The translations under genes and the position numbers were made by a program. A stretch of 64,000 bases of DNA from Escherichia coli. Its GTDB lineage: Bacteria > Pseudomonadota > Gammaproteobacteria > Enterobacterales > Enterobacteriaceae. Positions 42,469 to 54,466 of this stretch are shown here, in pieces. The stretch lies in NCBI RefSeq assembly GCF_048403405.1, contig NZ_CP183129.1; one strand, given 5' to 3'. The notes beneath the pieces were generated by a model. That model saw only the letters and a list, made by a program, of their open reading frames with translations. It did no database searches and was not told the origin of the DNA. How positions within the stretch are numbered: the first letter of the stretch is position 1; each line of letters opens with the position of its first letter.

Positions 42469-42555
42469 AAAAAAACCGACTTTGCGTCGGTTTTTTACTT
42501 TCCAGCCCTGAGTTGGTGGCTCTGGCTGGAGTGAGAGAGCTCTTATCTAACAGTT
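42469..42555 (-). ncRNA. agrA: agrA-like small RNA (repeat unit homologous and antisense to dinQ); ends approximate
   Basis: Minus-strand terminator (ccgac-gcaaa-gucgg plus U-run) at 42469-42498; adjacent 26-nt block ctggagtgagagagctcttatctaac also occurs in the dinQ leader. Confidence 0.5.
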
Positions 42556-42703
42556 CAATACTATTAGCCAGTGGCTAACATTGCAAGAATTAGCGATTTC
42601 TTCAGCTGGAGAAGGGACAGTTTGCTATACATGTTGGTGAAAGAGGATTTATATACTTTCATCGGGTCGCTGCCGTACCAAGCCTTGTCCGAATCCGGAC
42701 GTA

Positions 42704-42790
42704 AAAAAAACCGACTTCGCGTCGGTTTTTTACTTTCCAGCCCTGAGTTGGTGGCTCTGGTTGGAGTGAGAATGCCATCATCTAACGCAT
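42704..42790 (-). ncRNA. agrB: agrB-like small RNA (second repeat unit); ends approximate
   Basis: Second copy of the terminator plus the ttggagtgagaatgccatcatctaac block; the proximal copy is the one expected to be antisense to dinQ. Confidence 0.5.
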
Positions 42791-42848
42791 CAATGCTAAT
42801 ACCATACTGAAACTATTGCAAGGACGTGCTGGTTTTATAACCTGCATG

Positions 42849-42868
42849 TACTGTATGATTATCCAGTT
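42849..42868 (+). promoter_or_regulatory. LexA (SOS) box of the dinQ promoter: TACTGTATGATTATCCAGTT
   Basis: CTGT-N8-CCAG, one mismatch from CTGT-N8-ACAG. Confidence 0.7.
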
Positions 42869-43059
42869 AGCTCTGAGGCATTTTCACTCTGGTAATGCGC
42901 ATAAACGCTTTCAAAGTCCTGGTCAGAAGTACGGGTGGTGCCGTTAACTGATGCTCTGGCCGGAGTGAGAGAGTTCTTATCTAACAATGAGACATGCGCC
43001 GTGACAGGCAGTGGATGAGTAAGCGGATGCATTCTCACTCCATAGCATGGAGAAAACGG

Positions 43060-43143
43060 GTGATTGATAAAGCAATCATCGTTCTTGGGGCGTTAATTGC
43101 GCTGCTGGAACTGATCCGCTTCCTGCTTCAGCTTCTGAACTGA
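43060..43143 (+). CDS. dinQ: DinQ, 27-aa single-TM toxic peptide (type I toxin-like), GTG start
   Basis: GTG-initiated ORF encoding MIDKAIIVLGALIALLELIRFLLQLLN, preceded by GGAG; downstream of the LexA box. Confidence 0.75.
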   Translation: MIDKAIIVLGALIALLELIRFLLQLLN

Positions 43144-43162
43144 TAGCGGAAACGTAGCTAAG

Positions 43163-43190
43163 GGCAAAGAGCACACCACTCTTTGCCCTT
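43163..43190. terminator. Bidirectional hairpin between convergent dinQ and gor (ggcaaagag-cacaccact-ctttgcc)
   Basis: 9-bp inverted repeat between the two stop codons. Confidence 0.55.
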
Positions 43191-43196
43191 TAACAT

Positions 43197-44549
43197 TTAA
43201 CGCATGGTCACGAACTCTTCTGCCGCCGTCGGGTGAATGGCGACGGTATTGTCGAAGTCTTTTTTGGTCGCCCCCATCTTCAGCGCCACCGCGAAGCCCT
43301 GCAACATTTCATCCATACCAAAACCAATGCCGTGAATTCCGACAATCTTCTCTTCCGGTCCAACGCATACCAGTTTCATGCGGCACGGCTGGCGGTGAGT
43401 GGTGACGGCGGTATACATCGCGGTGAAAGAGGATTTATACACTTTCACCTGATCGTCGCCGTACTGCTCGCGCGCCTGCGGTTCCGTTAAACCAACAGTC
43501 CCAATCGGCGGATGGCTGAAGACCACGGTCGGAATGTTGCTGTAATCGAGATGCTCATCCGGCTTGTTATTAAACAGGCGTTCAGAGAGACGGCGACCCG
43601 CTGCAACTGCTACCGGTGTCAGTTCCACTGCACCCGTGTTATCGCCCACCGCGTAAATACCTTCAACGTTGGTATTTTGATATTTATCGACGACGATATA
43701 GCCTTTTTCGTTAGTTTTAACGCCAGCGGCTTCCAGGTTGATGTTGTCATTGGCAGGCTCGCGACCAATCGCCCAAATCAGGCAATCCACCGTTTCACTA
43801 CGCCCATCTTCCAGCTCCAGCGTCAGGCTGCCATCGGCATTTTTCACCACCGCTTTCGGGATGGCATTGGTATGCAACTGTGGGCCTTCGGCGTTCATCA
43901 CTTCGACCAGCGTTTCAGAGATCATCGGGTCGAAGCTGCGCAGCGGCGCGTGTTTACGTACAAACAGATGCGTTTTCGCGCCGAGGCCGTTAATCACGCC
44001 CGCCAGTTCAACGGCGATGTAACCCGCGCCAACAACCGCTACGCGCTCTGGCAGCGCCGGAAGGGCGAAGAAGCCATCAGAATCAATACCGTATTCCACG
44101 CCCGGAATATCCGGGTGGCTCGGACGACCGCCGGTGGCGATCAGAATATGATCGGCCGTGATGGTTTCACCGTTAACTTCCAGCGTTTTGGCATCAACGA
44201 AGCGGGCAAAGCCTTTGATTACATCAACGTTATTTTTACCGAGCACGTTTTCATAGGAAGTATGAATACGGTCGATATAGGCGGTACGGCTGGCGATCAA
44301 CGTTTCCCAGTTGAATTTATTGATAGTGGTATCAAAACCATAATCCGGGCCGTACATGTGGATCGCTTCACGGATTTGCGCCGCGTGCCACATCACTTTC
44401 TTCGGTACGCAGCCAACATTTACGCAGGTGCCGCCCAGTTCTTTGGCTTCAATCAGCGCGCATTTCTGACCGTACATAGCCGCGCGGTTGATGGAGGCGA
44501 TACCGCCGCTGCCGCCGCCGATGGCGATGTAATCATAGTGTTTAGTCAT
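43197..44549 (-). CDS. gor: Glutathione reductase
   Basis: 450 aa; FAD-binding GGGSGG, redox-active disulfide ([13 protein letters not shown]). Confidence 0.95.
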   Translation of the reverse strand: MTKHYDYIAIGGGSGGIASINRAAMYGQKCALIEAKELGGTCVNVGCVPKKVMWHAAQIREAIHMYGPDYGFDTTINKFNWETLIASRTAYIDRIHTSYENVLGKNNVDVIKGFARFVDAKTLEVNGETITADHILIATGGRPSHPDIPGVEYGIDSDGFFALPALPERVAVVGAGYIAVELAGVINGLGAKTHLFVRKHAPLRSFDPMISETLVEVMNAEGPQLHTNAIPKAVVKNADGSLTLELEDGRSETVDCLIWAIGREPANDNINLEAAGVKTNEKGYIVVDKYQNTNVEGIYAVGDNTGAVELTPVAVAAGRRLSERLFNNKPDEHLDYSNIPTVVFSHPPIGTVGLTEPQAREQYGDDQVKVYKSSFTAMYTAVTTHRQPCRMKLVCVGPEEKIVGIHGIGFGMDEMLQGFAVALKMGATKKDFDNTVAIHPTAAEEFVTMR

Positions 44550-44620
44550 GACAGAGTGTCCTTATCGTTGATTACCGCGATTGTAGCGCGAGACGTAATA
44601 GGTGCCAGCAATGGCTGCAA

Positions 44621-45463
44621 TTACTCCGGCACGATCCAGCTTACGGTGGCGTGCCCGGTACCAGCCGGAACCAGTTTGCTGTGCAGCCACGGCAGCACGT
44701 TATTCATCTGCTGTTCCAGCTTCCACGGCGGATTAATCACAATCATGCCGGAAGCGGTCATGCCACGGCGATCGCTGTCTGGCAGTACCGCCAGTTCAAT
44801 TTGCAGAATTTTGCGAATGCCGGTCGCTTCCAGGTCGTGGATCATGCGCTTAATTTGCTGGCGCAGCACCACCGGATACCACAGTGCGTAAGTGCCAGTG
44901 GCGAAACGTTTGTAGCCTTCTGCTATCCCGCTGACCACCGCCTGATAGTCGGTTTTCATTTCATACGGCGGGTCGATAAGGATTAAACCACGGCGGGAAA
45001 CCGGCGGCAGTTTGGCCTTAAGCTGCTGGAAACCGTCGGCTTTTTCCACGCGCGCACGATTGTCTTTCTGAAATTCAGAACGCAGCAACGGGTAATCGCT
45101 CGGGTGCAGTTCGGTCAGTTGCAGGCTGTCCTGTTCACGCAGTAACTGACGAGCAATCAACGGCGAACCGGGGTAGTAACGCAACTGACCGCTACGGTTG
45201 AAGTGTTTTACCACATTGATGTACGCCTCCAGCTCTGCAGGCAAATCGTCCTGCTGCCAGATACGGGCGATACCTTCGAGATATTCGCCGGTACGCTCGG
45301 CATGTTCGCTGCCTAACTGATAACGCCCGGCCCCTGCGTGGGTGTCGAGATAGAGAAACGGTTTATCTTTCTCTTTCAGCGACTCGATGATCAGGCTCTG
45401 AACGGTATGTTTAAGGACGTCGGCGTGGTTGCCAGCGTGAAAGCTGTGGCGATAACTGAGCAT
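44621..45463 (-). CDS. rlmJ: 23S rRNA m6A2030 methyltransferase
   Basis: 280 aa from MLSYRHSFHAGNHADVLKH...; DPPY motif. Confidence 0.9.
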   Translation of the reverse strand: MLSYRHSFHAGNHADVLKHTVQSLIIESLKEKDKPFLYLDTHAGAGRYQLGSEHAERTGEYLEGIARIWQQDDLPAELEAYINVVKHFNRSGQLRYYPGSPLIARQLLREQDSLQLTELHPSDYPLLRSEFQKDNRARVEKADGFQQLKAKLPPVSRRGLILIDPPYEMKTDYQAVVSGIAEGYKRFATGTYALWYPVVLRQQIKRMIHDLEATGIRKILQIELAVLPDSDRRGMTASGMIVINPPWKLEQQMNNVLPWLHSKLVPAGTGHATVSWIVPE

Positions 45464-45665
45464 GGGTAAAGGTGTTCCGGTAAGTAAAAATCGGCCCGTA
45501 TTCGGGGCGCACAAAAGCCTATCAGGACAGTATACCGAAAAGAGGCCGCCGCCGCGAAAGCGTAACGTTTCTCATTGAAATTCACTACACTTAACCCCAT
45601 GCTACACACATTATGTAAAGCGCCTGTTGAGCGCTTCCTTAACCTCTTTAACCAGGACTGCGCTA

Positions 45666-47708
45666 ATGACGAATCCGTTACTGACTCCCTTTGAATTGCC
45701 TCCGTTTTCTAAAATTCTCCCGGAACATGTCGTTCCAGCCGTGACTAAGGCGCTGAACGACTGCCGCGAAAATGTGGAGCGCGTAGTAGCGCAAGGGGCA
45801 CCGTACACCTGGGAAAATCTCTGCCAGCCGTTGGCGGAAGTGGACGATGTGCTGGGGCGTATCTTCTCCCCGGTCAGCCACCTGAACTCGGTGAAAAATA
45901 GCCCGGAACTGCGTGAAGCGTACGAACAAACCCTGCCGCTGCTGTCAGAATACAGCACCTGGGTAGGACAACATGAAGGGCTGTATAAAGCATATCGCGA
46001 CCTGCGCGATGGCGATCATTACGCCACGCTGAACACGGCGCAGAAGAAAGCGGTTGATAACGCACTGCGCGACTTTGAACTCTCTGGCATCGGTCTGCCG
46101 AAAGAGAAACAGCAGCGTTATGGTGAGATTGCCACTCGTCTTTCCGAGCTGGGCAACCAGTACAGCAACAACGTCCTCGATGCGACAATGGGCTGGACCA
46201 AACTCGTTACCGACGAAGCGGAGCTGGCGGGGATGCCAGAAAGCGCGCTGGCTGCGGCAAAAGCCCAGGCTGAAGCGAAAGAACTTGAAGGCTACCTGCT
46301 GACGCTGGATATCCCAAGCTACCTGCCGGTAATGACCTACTGCGACAACCAGGCTCTGCGCGAAGAGATGTATCGCGCTTACAGCACCCGCGCCTCCGAT
46401 CAAGGTCCGAACGCCGGTAAGTGGGACAACAGCAAGGTGATGGAAGAGATCCTCGCGCTGCGTCACGAACTGGCGCAACTGCTGGGCTTTGAAAACTACG
46501 CCTTTAAATCCCTTGCTACTAAAATGGCAGAAAACCCGCAGCAGGTGCTGGATTTCTTAACCGATCTGGCAAAACGCGCGCGTCCACAAGGCGAAAAAGA
46601 GCTGGCGCAACTGCGTGCCTTCGCTAAAGCCGAATTTGGCGTGGATGAGTTGCAGCCGTGGGATATCGCGTACTACAGCGAAAAACAAAAACAGCACCTC
46701 TACAGCATCAGTGACGAACAGCTGCGTCCGTACTTCCCGGAAAACAAAGCGGTTAACGGCTTGTTTGAAGTGGTGAAACGTATTTACGGCATCACCGCTA
46801 AAGAGCGTAAAGATGTTGATGTCTGGCATCCGGATGTACGTTTCTTCGAACTGTATGACGAGAACAACGAACTGCGCGGCAGCTTCTACCTCGACCTGTA
46901 TGCCCGTGAAAACAAGCGCGGCGGGGCGTGGATGGATGACTGTGTAGGCCAGATGCGTAAAGCCGACGGTTCGCTGCAAAAACCGGTCGCGTATCTGACC
47001 TGTAACTTCAACCGCCCGGTAAATGGTAAACCGGCGCTGTTTACCCATGACGAAGTGATCACCCTGTTCCACGAGTTCGGTCACGGCCTGCACCATATGC
47101 TGACCCGCATTGAAACTGCTGGTGTATCTGGTATCAGCGGGGTGCCGTGGGATGCGGTCGAACTGCCGAGCCAGTTTATGGAAAACTGGTGCTGGGAGCC
47201 TGAGGCGCTGGCGTTTATCTCCGGTCACTATGAAACCGGCGAACCGCTGCCGAAGGAGCTGCTGGATAAAATGCTGGCGGCTAAGAACTACCAGGCGGCG
47301 CTGTTTATTCTGCGCCAGCTGGAGTTCGGCCTGTTTGATTTCCGCCTCCATGCCGAGTTCCGCCCGGATCAGGGAGCGAAAATCCTCGAAACTCTGGCAG
47401 AAATCAAGAAACTGGTTGCCGTAGTACCGTCTCCATCCTGGGGCCGTTTCCCGCACGCTTTCAGCCATATTTTCGCCGGTGGTTATGCCGCAGGTTACTA
47501 CAGCTACCTGTGGGCCGACGTGCTGGCGGCAGATGCCTTCTCGCGCTTTGAGGAAGAGGGCATTTTCAACCGTGAAACCGGACAGTCGTTCCTCGACAAC
47601 ATTCTGAGCCGTGGCGGTTCAGAAGAGCCGATGGATCTGTTCAAACGCTTCCGTGGTCGTGAACCGCAGCTGGATGCGATGCTGGAGCATTACGGCATTA
47701 AGGGCTGA
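45666..47708 (+). CDS. prlC: Oligopeptidase A (M3 metallopeptidase)
   Basis: 680 aa from [14 protein letters not shown]...; HEFGH zinc motif. Confidence 0.93.
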   Translation: MTNPLLTPFELPPFSKILPEHVVPAVTKALNDCRENVERVVAQGAPYTWENLCQPLAEVDDVLGRIFSPVSHLNSVKNSPELREAYEQTLPLLSEYSTWVGQHEGLYKAYRDLRDGDHYATLNTAQKKAVDNALRDFELSGIGLPKEKQQRYGEIATRLSELGNQYSNNVLDATMGWTKLVTDEAELAGMPESALAAAKAQAEAKELEGYLLTLDIPSYLPVMTYCDNQALREEMYRAYSTRASDQGPNAGKWDNSKVMEEILALRHELAQLLGFENYAFKSLATKMAENPQQVLDFLTDLAKRARPQGEKELAQLRAFAKAEFGVDELQPWDIAYYSEKQKQHLYSISDEQLRPYFPENKAVNGLFEVVKRIYGITAKERKDVDVWHPDVRFFELYDENNELRGSFYLDLYARENKRGGAWMDDCVGQMRKADGSLQKPVAYLTCNFNRPVNGKPALFTHDEVITLFHEFGHGLHHMLTRIETAGVSGISGVPWDAVELPSQFMENWCWEPEALAFISGHYETGEPLPKELLDKMLAAKNYQAALFILRQLEFGLFDFRLHAEFRPDQGAKILETLAEIKKLVAVVPSPSWGRFPHAFSHIFAGGYAAGYYSYLWADVLAADAFSRFEEEGIFNRETGQSFLDNILSRGGSEEPMDLFKRFRGREPQLDAMLEHYGIKG

Positions 47709-47715
47709 TCATTCA

Positions 47716-48468
47716 GTGAAAATCTGCTTAATTGATGAAACAGGCACCGGAGACGGTGCCTTATCTGTTCTGGCGGCCCGCTGGGGGCTGGAACATGATG
47801 AAGACAACCTGATGGCGCTGGTATTAACGCCGGAGCATCTGGAACTGCGCAAGCGTGATGAGCCAAAACTTGGCGGCATCTTTGTTGATTTTGTTGGCGG
47901 GGCGATGGCGCACCGTCGCAAATTCGGCGGCGGACGTGGGGAGGCAGTGGCGAAAGCGGTGGGTATTAAAGGCGATTATTTGCCAGACGTGGTGGACGCT
48001 ACCGCAGGGCTGGGGCGCGATGCCTTTGTGCTGGCTTCGGTCGGCTGCCGCGTGCGGATGCTGGAGCGTAATCCGGTGGTTGCTGCATTGCTCGACGACG
48101 GCCTGGCGCGTGGTTATGCGGATGCGGAAATCGGCGGCTGGTTGCAGGAGCGGTTGCAGTTAATTCACGCTTCCAGCCTGACGGCGCTGACCGATATTAC
48201 TCCGCGCCCGCAGGTGGTCTATCTCGACCCGATGTTCCCGCATAAGCAGAAAAGCGCGTTGGTGAAAAAAGAGATGCGAGTCTTTCAGTCGCTGGTGGGG
48301 CCGGATCTTGATGCCGATGGATTGCTGGAGCCTGCACGCTTGCTGGCGACCAAACGCGTGGTGGTAAAGCGCCCGGACTACGCGCCGCCGCTGGCGAATG
48401 TCGCCACGCCAAACGCGGTAGTGACCAAAGGGCATCGCTTTGATATTTATGCCGGAACGCCGGTGTAA
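47716..48468 (+). CDS. rsmJ: 16S rRNA m2G1516 methyltransferase
   Basis: 250 aa, GTG start ([14 protein letters not shown]...), 8 nt after the prlC stop. Confidence 0.88.
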   Translation: MKICLIDETGTGDGALSVLAARWGLEHDEDNLMALVLTPEHLELRKRDEPKLGGIFVDFVGGAMAHRRKFGGGRGEAVAKAVGIKGDYLPDVVDATAGLGRDAFVLASVGCRVRMLERNPVVAALLDDGLARGYADAEIGGWLQERLQLIHASSLTALTDITPRPQVVYLDPMFPHKQKSALVKKEMRVFQSLVGPDLDADGLLEPARLLATKRVVVKRPDYAPPLANVATPNAVVTKGHRFDIYAGTPV

Positions 48469-48470
48469 AA

Positions 48471-48508
48471 GTAAAGCAGGGTAGCGTTATCGCTACCCTG
48501 CTTTCTGC
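48471..48508. terminator. Bidirectional hairpin between convergent rsmJ and dtpB (aaagcagggtagcg-ttat-cgctaccctgcttt)
   Basis: 14-bp perfect inverted repeat flanked by A/T. Confidence 0.65.
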
Positions 48509-48516
48509 AAGAATAA

Positions 48517-49986
48517 TTAATGGCTTTCGGGCGTCGCAATCATTCGTTTCAGCCACGGCACCATCAGCAGCATCACCACCGCAACGCCCAGCGTAACCAG
48601 GCCAATCTTACCAAACACGTTGGTATAGACGGGCAACGTCTCAAGCGGATCGGTAATGTTGTCTGGTACTGCGGTAAATGTTGCCACATAGCCGCCCAGC
48701 AAGAACGCGGCAGCCTGCGTCAGGAACCACATCCCGAGAATAAAGCCCATCAAATGCTGCGGCACCAGGGCAGCAATCATCGCCAGGCCAAGGGCGCTAA
48801 TAAACAGTTCACCCAGGCTCTGGAATAAGTAAACCAGCACAATAAACCACGGCGATGTCAGCCCCTGGGCATCCGCAAACCACATTCCCGCAGCTGCAGC
48901 CGTCAAAAAGCCCAGTGAGCACATAAACATGCCGAGAGTAAATTTCATCGGCATAGAGAGATCTTTGCCTTTGTTACCCAGATGCGTGTAAATGCCTGCC
49001 AGTATTGGGCTGGCGAGTACCACCCAGAACGGGTTAAGCGCCTGGAAGCTGACCGGGTTGATGGAAAAGCCGAGAATTTCATGATGCACGTTGTTGATGG
49101 CAAAGAAGTTCAGCGACGTTGGCATCTGGGCGTAGAGAATGTAAAACACCACCGCTTCGAGCATCAGGACAAAGGCGACAAACATTTTATTGCGCCCGGT
49201 TTTATCCAGCTTGAATGCCTGACGAAAGAAAATGATGGTGACGACGATGGAGAGAACAATCAGCACCAGATTGGCGACTTCTACGTTGTGCATCAGCCAT
49301 GCACAGACGAAGATCATCACCACGCTGCCAAGTAACACGTACAACAGTTTGCTGAAGCTCATCGGCCGGAAGTCGGGTTCAGAACCAATGTCTTTCACCA
49401 TTCCGCGACAGGCGATGTAAACCAATAGCGCGATAATTAACCCCGCACCGCACAGGTTGTAGGTGACTGAATAACCGAATCTATCAGCGATCACGGGGGC
49501 CAGCGATAACGCTATCAACGAGCCGATGTTGATCGACATATAGAACAGGGTAAATGCGCCATCAAGCCGCGGATCTTTCGGCGGATAGCACTTCGAAAGC
49601 AAGCTGGCTGGGTTAGCTTTAAACAGGCCGTTACCGACAGCGATAGTCCCCAGGGCGATGAAAATCAGGTCAGGCTTAAGTAGCGACAGGCCGGTCATGA
49701 AGTAGCCAATCGCCAGCACAAGTGCTCCGAGAACAATGGTGCGTTTGGTCCCCAGCAGGTGGTCGCCGACATAGCCGCCAATGGAAATGAGGCCATAGAC
49801 CAGCGCAGCAAAAGCACCAAAAGTGACAAAAGCCTGTTCTTGCGAGAATCCAAGCTGCTTAACGAAGAAAACCGCCAGTACGCCCTGCACGCCGTAGTAG
49901 CCGAATCGCTCCCATAACTCGACAAAAAAGATCATGAAAAATGGGCGAGGTTGCTGCAGCATCCCCATGGGTGTTGTTGTATTCAT
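48517..49986 (-). CDS. dtpB: Proton-dependent di/tripeptide transporter (POT family)
   Basis: 489 aa; POT/PTR2 signature region ([13 protein letters not shown]). Confidence 0.93.
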   Translation of the reverse strand: MNTTTPMGMLQQPRPFFMIFFVELWERFGYYGVQGVLAVFFVKQLGFSQEQAFVTFGAFAALVYGLISIGGYVGDHLLGTKRTIVLGALVLAIGYFMTGLSLLKPDLIFIALGTIAVGNGLFKANPASLLSKCYPPKDPRLDGAFTLFYMSINIGSLIALSLAPVIADRFGYSVTYNLCGAGLIIALLVYIACRGMVKDIGSEPDFRPMSFSKLLYVLLGSVVMIFVCAWLMHNVEVANLVLIVLSIVVTIIFFRQAFKLDKTGRNKMFVAFVLMLEAVVFYILYAQMPTSLNFFAINNVHHEILGFSINPVSFQALNPFWVVLASPILAGIYTHLGNKGKDLSMPMKFTLGMFMCSLGFLTAAAAGMWFADAQGLTSPWFIVLVYLFQSLGELFISALGLAMIAALVPQHLMGFILGMWFLTQAAAFLLGGYVATFTAVPDNITDPLETLPVYTNVFGKIGLVTLGVAVVMLLMVPWLKRMIATPESH

Positions 49987-50301
49987 ATTTATTAACCTTC
50001 CAATACCATCCTGAAAAGTATGAACGCGTAAGGGATAACGCGCGAAAAAGTTTACATCTGTCAGAGATTCTTAATATTGATGCGGTGAATAGATTAATAC
50101 ACTATTACAACAGAAAATAACCAGCTGATCACACTAATGATGGAAAATATGATGGTGTTAAATGTTGTATTGGCAGGGGATTTTGATTGCGTACGCAGAC
50201 CGTAGGCCAGATAAGGTGTTTACGCTGCAAGGTAACAAGGCGCGCCAAAAAGCAAAACGCCCGCATATGCGGGCGTTCAGGAACACGTCGTAGAGGGAAG
50301 A

Positions 50302-50736
50302 TTATTCTTCTTCGTCGCGCAGCGGAACAATCAGCATATCAACGTGAACGGTGTTGATCAGCTGACGTGCGGAAGACATCAGTTTGCTCCAGAAGTCCTG
50401 GTGGTGACCACAAACCACCAGATCCATATCGTATTTCTTGATTGCATCGACCAGAACCTGGCCCAGGTCGCCGCTGCCGCTCAGGGTTTCAGTGATTGGG
50501 TAGCCTGCATTAGTGGAAAGCTCGGTCAGCGCATGATGTGTCTCTTCAGAGATGCGTTTCTGCATATCACCCAGATTCACATCAATAAGCCCGGTGTATA
50601 GGTCAGAGTAGTTTACATCTACGTGGATCAGAGAAACTTTCGCATTATAGGGGCGAGCCATAGAGACTGCTTTCTCTACCAGAACTTTGCTTTCCGGGGA
50701 GAGATCGACCGCGATGAGAATGTGTTTATAAGCCAT
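50302..50736 (-). CDS. uspA: Universal stress protein A
   Basis: 144 aa; sequence matches UspA. Confidence 0.95.
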
Positions 50737-51126
50737 AGTGTTACTCCTTCCATAAAGTTGTCGATGACTGGCCAGCTAGCGTTTCTTGTGCCGTTACGTC
50801 ACCCGCGTCCTGCGAACTACGTGCGCGGGGCTAACCCAGCCGTAAAGATTCAGTGTTAAGACCATCCTTACCTTATAGCGACCCGGATGATCCGTCAATC
50901 CGCCTTGCTTACCCGTTAGATAAACAAATTTTCGACATGAATATATTGATAGTGGTTAACCTTCTGGAAAAAAAACAACCTGATCTCCTACACTATCTAT
51001 AGAGCCGCTCGGATGTTGGTCACCACAAAAGCGGTTTCTCCAGGACCTGGTGTTAACTGATTGGCAGCGTATCGGGAGCGGTAGCCCCGGGGTGGAACTC
51101 CGCGGGCAGGTCGCCGGGGAGGAGGT

Positions 51127-51462
51127 ATGATAAGCACCGTCGCATTATTTTGGGCTTTATGTGTCGTTTGCATTGTTAACATGGCGCGCTATTTCTCATC
51201 ACTACGCGCGTTGTTAGTGGTACTGCGTAACTGCGATCCATTGCTCTATCAATATGTTGATGGAGGGGGCTTTTTTACCTCACATGGCCAACCCAACAAA
51301 CAGGTGCGTCTCGTTTGGTATATCTATGCCCAACGTTATCGCGATCATCACGATGATGAGTTTATTCGCCGCTGTGAGCGGGTGCGTCGGCAGTTTATTC
51401 TGACCAGCGCATTGTGTGGTCTGGTGGTGGTCAGTCTGATTGCATTGATGATTTGGCATTAA
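51127..51462 (+). CDS. uspB: Universal stress protein B (small membrane protein)
   Basis: 111 aa, two TM segments; divergent from uspA. Confidence 0.93.
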
Positions 51463-51532
51463 GCAATTCAGCAAAAATAACGCATAAAAAAAGCGGGCCA
51501 GTAAACTGACCCGCTCGTTTTGGTGCGTGCGA

Positions 51533-53032
51533 TTACAGGAACTGCAAGGAGAGCCAGTAAAGCCCGCCGGAAAGCAGTACCGCAGCCGGAAGGGTAAACA
51601 CCCAGGCCATCAGAATACTGGTCACGGTTTTACGCTGTAAGCCGCCGCCATCTACCACCATCGTCCCCGCGACAGAAGAGGAGAGTACGTGGGTAGTGGA
51701 AACCGGCATCCCGGTATAACTCGCCAGGCCGATAGACACTGCCGCAGTCATCTGGGCAGACATCCCCTGAGCGTAGGTCATGCCTTTCTTACCGATTTTC
51801 TCACCGATAGTCGTTGCCACACGACGCCAGCCAATCATCGTACCGATACCTAACGCCAGCGCGACCGCCATGATGATCCACACCGGTGCATACTCGATGG
51901 TGCTAAGCATGTCAGACTTCAGTTTCTTCAACAGGCGCTGATCGTCAGCACTCACGCCAGGCATCTTCACCACTTTGTCGATAGTGTCAGAAACGCACAG
52001 CATAATGCGGCGCATCTGGCTACGTTGATCAAGCGACAGCTTATCGTAGCTTTCCACATCGGTAGTCAACATGCCTTTCAGGCGGTTGAGCGCGTTAATG
52101 GTATTCGACGGATGGCAATGGAACTCCGCAGGTTGCGTTGCGCCAGCTTCCGGAGCCGGTACTAACTGATCAGCACCGGTAGCCTGTTTCAGCAGCGCAG
52201 GGTGCTGCTCAAAGTAAGCTTCCACGTTGTTGATGGCATCACGGGTACGGGTGATTTCGTAGCCAGTGGCATTCATGTTCACCACGAAGCCTGCTGGTGC
52301 GACGCCAATCAATACCAACATAACCAGACCAATGCCTTTCTGACCATCGTTCGCGCCGTGCGAAAACGCCACGCCGATAGCGGAAAGGATCAGCGCAATA
52401 CGCGTCCAGAACGGCGGCTTTTTCTTGCCGTCTTTCTTTTCACGCTCCGCTGGGGTCAGGTGGATACGGGCGCGTTTCTTGGTGCCGCTCCAGTAGCGAC
52501 GCAGCAAGAAAATCAGACCGCCAGCAAACACCAGGCCGACAATAGGGGAAACGATCAGAGAACCGAAAATACTTAATACTTTCGGGATATTGAGTGCATC
52601 CACCACTGACGTCCCGGTCATCAACGCATTGGTTAAACCAATCCCGATGATCGCGCCAATCAGCGTATGAGAGCTGGATGCAGGTAAACCAAAGTACCAG
52701 GTACCCAGGTTCCAGATAATCGCCGCCAGCAACATAGAGAACACCATGGCAAGGCCATGAGACGATCCCATATTAAGCAGCAGATCCGTCGGCAGCATAT
52801 GCACAATGGCATAGGCAACACTCAGACCACCCAGCAAAACACCCAAAAAGTTGAACACCGCCGCCATAACCACGGCGAGCTGAGAACGCATCGCGCGGGT
52901 ATAGATAACGGTTGCCACGGCGTTGGCTGTGTCATGGAAACCATTGATGGCTTCGTAGAACAGCACAAAAGCCAGTGCAAGCAATAATAACAGCCCGGTA
53001 TGCAAATCCAGGCCAGCAAACAAATGTAGCAT
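51533..53032 (-). CDS. pitA: Low-affinity inorganic phosphate (metal-phosphate) transporter
   Basis: 499 aa; PiT family. Confidence 0.93.
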
Positions 53033-53263
53033 AGGACGTTACGCCATTTTGAGGACATGAACGCGGCGCATTATCAGTGACTTTCGCGGCGCGGGCAAAG
53101 TGAAATATAGACTTTTTTTGATTTGCCTCCTGTATGGATTTCACTCAAAAAATAATTATCTTATATAATTCAGGCAAATACTTCCTTTTAGTAATATTGA
53201 TGCTGGTGCGACCACTGAGGAATCTTTACAATTCACGCCCGTTTTTTCTTAGAGGAGCGCAAC

Positions 53264-54466
53264 GTGGAAAGGTTTGATGCCATTATTATAGGCGCTGGTG
53301 CGGCGGGTATGTTCTGTTCTGCGCTGGCAGGTCAGGCAGGACGCCGGGTTCTGCTGATCGATAATGGTAAAAAACCAGGGCGCAAAATCCTCATGTCTGG
53401 CGGTGGGCGCTGCAACTTTACCAATCTTTATGTCGAACCGGGCGCTTATCTGAGCCAGAATCCGCATTTTTGTAAGTCTGCACTCGCGCGTTTTACCCAG
53501 TGGGATTTCATTGATCTGGTCAATAAACACGGCATCGCCTGGCACGAGAAAACGTTAGGACAACTCTTCTGCGATGACTCCGCGCAGCAGATTGTCGACA
53601 TGCTGGTGGATGAGTGCGAGAAGGGCAATGTGACCGTCAGATTGCGTAGCGAAGTGCTGAGCGTGGCGAAGGATGAAACAGGCTTCACGCTTGAACTGAA
53701 CGGCATGACTGTCGGTTGCGAAAAGCTGGTCATCGCGACCGGTGGACTGTCAATGCCGGGGCTGGGCGCGTCGCCGTTTGGTTATAAGATTGCCGAACAA
53801 TTTGGCCTCAACGTGCTGCCGACCCGCGCGGGCCTGGTGCCATTCACTCTGCATAAACCGTTGCTCGAAGAGTTACAGGTGCTGGCGGGCGTGGCGGTGC
53901 CTTCCGTGATTACCGCTGAAAACGGCACCGTTTTCCGTGAGAACTTACTCTTCACCCACCGCGGCTTATCTGGACCGGCGGTGTTGCAAATTTCCAGCTA
54001 CTGGCAACCGGGTGAATTTGTCAGTATCAATCTGCTACCGGATGTGGACCTCGAAACCTTCCTGAATGAGCAGCGTAATGCACATCCGAATCAGAGCCTG
54101 AAAAACACACTGGCGGTTCATCTACCGAAGCGGTTGGTTGAACGTTTACAACAACTCGGGCAAATCCCGGATGTTTCGCTAAAACAGCTCAACGTGCGTG
54201 ACCAACAGGCACTGATTAGCACATTGACCGACTGGCGCGTACAACCCAACGGCACTGAAGGCTATCGCACTGCCGAAGTGACGCTCGGCGGCGTGGACAC
54301 CAACGAACTCTCTTCACGGACGATGGAAGCGCGCAAAGTGCCTGGGCTGTACTTCATCGGCGAAGTGATGGACGTCACCGGTTGGCTGGGGGGCTATAAC
54401 TTCCAGTGGGCGTGGTCGAGTGCGTGGGCTTGTGCGCAGGATTTGATTGCAGCGAAGTCGTTCTGA
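53264..54466 (+). CDS. yhiN: HI0933-family FAD-dependent oxidoreductase
   Basis: 400 aa; N-terminal FAD-binding GxGxxG (IIGAGAAGMF). Confidence 0.88.
   Translation: MERFDAIIIGAGAAGMFCSALAGQAGRRVLLIDNGKKPGRKILMSGGGRCNFTNLYVEPGAYLSQNPHFCKSALARFTQWDFIDLVNKHGIAWHEKTLGQLFCDDSAQQIVDMLVDECEKGNVTVRLRSEVLSVAKDETGFTLELNGMTVGCEKLVIATGGLSMPGLGASPFGYKIAEQFGLNVLPTRAGLVPFTLHKPLLEELQVLAGVAVPSVITAENGTVFRENLLFTHRGLSGPAVLQISSYWQPGEFVSINLLPDVDLETFLNEQRNAHPNQSLKNTLAVHLPKRLVERLQQLGQIPDVSLKQLNVRDQQALISTLTDWRVQPNGTEGYRTAEVTLGGVDTNELSSRTMEARKVPGLYFIGEVMDVTGWLGGYNFQWAWSSAWACAQDLIAAKSF

Noticed and set aside
42571-42810. 79-aa plus-strand ORF in the arsR-gor intergenic region
   Set aside because: Spans the agrA/agrB repeat units and the gor-relic segment; the region is better explained by small RNAs and duplication remnants than by a protein gene.
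43512-44891. 459-aa plus-strand ORF
   Set aside because: Lies entirely antisense to gor and rlmJ, which have strong, recognisable protein signatures; typical shadow ORF in GC-rich coding DNA.
46557-47468. 303-aa minus-strand ORF (and 45945-46478)
   Set aside because: Antisense shadow ORFs inside prlC; no independent coding signal.
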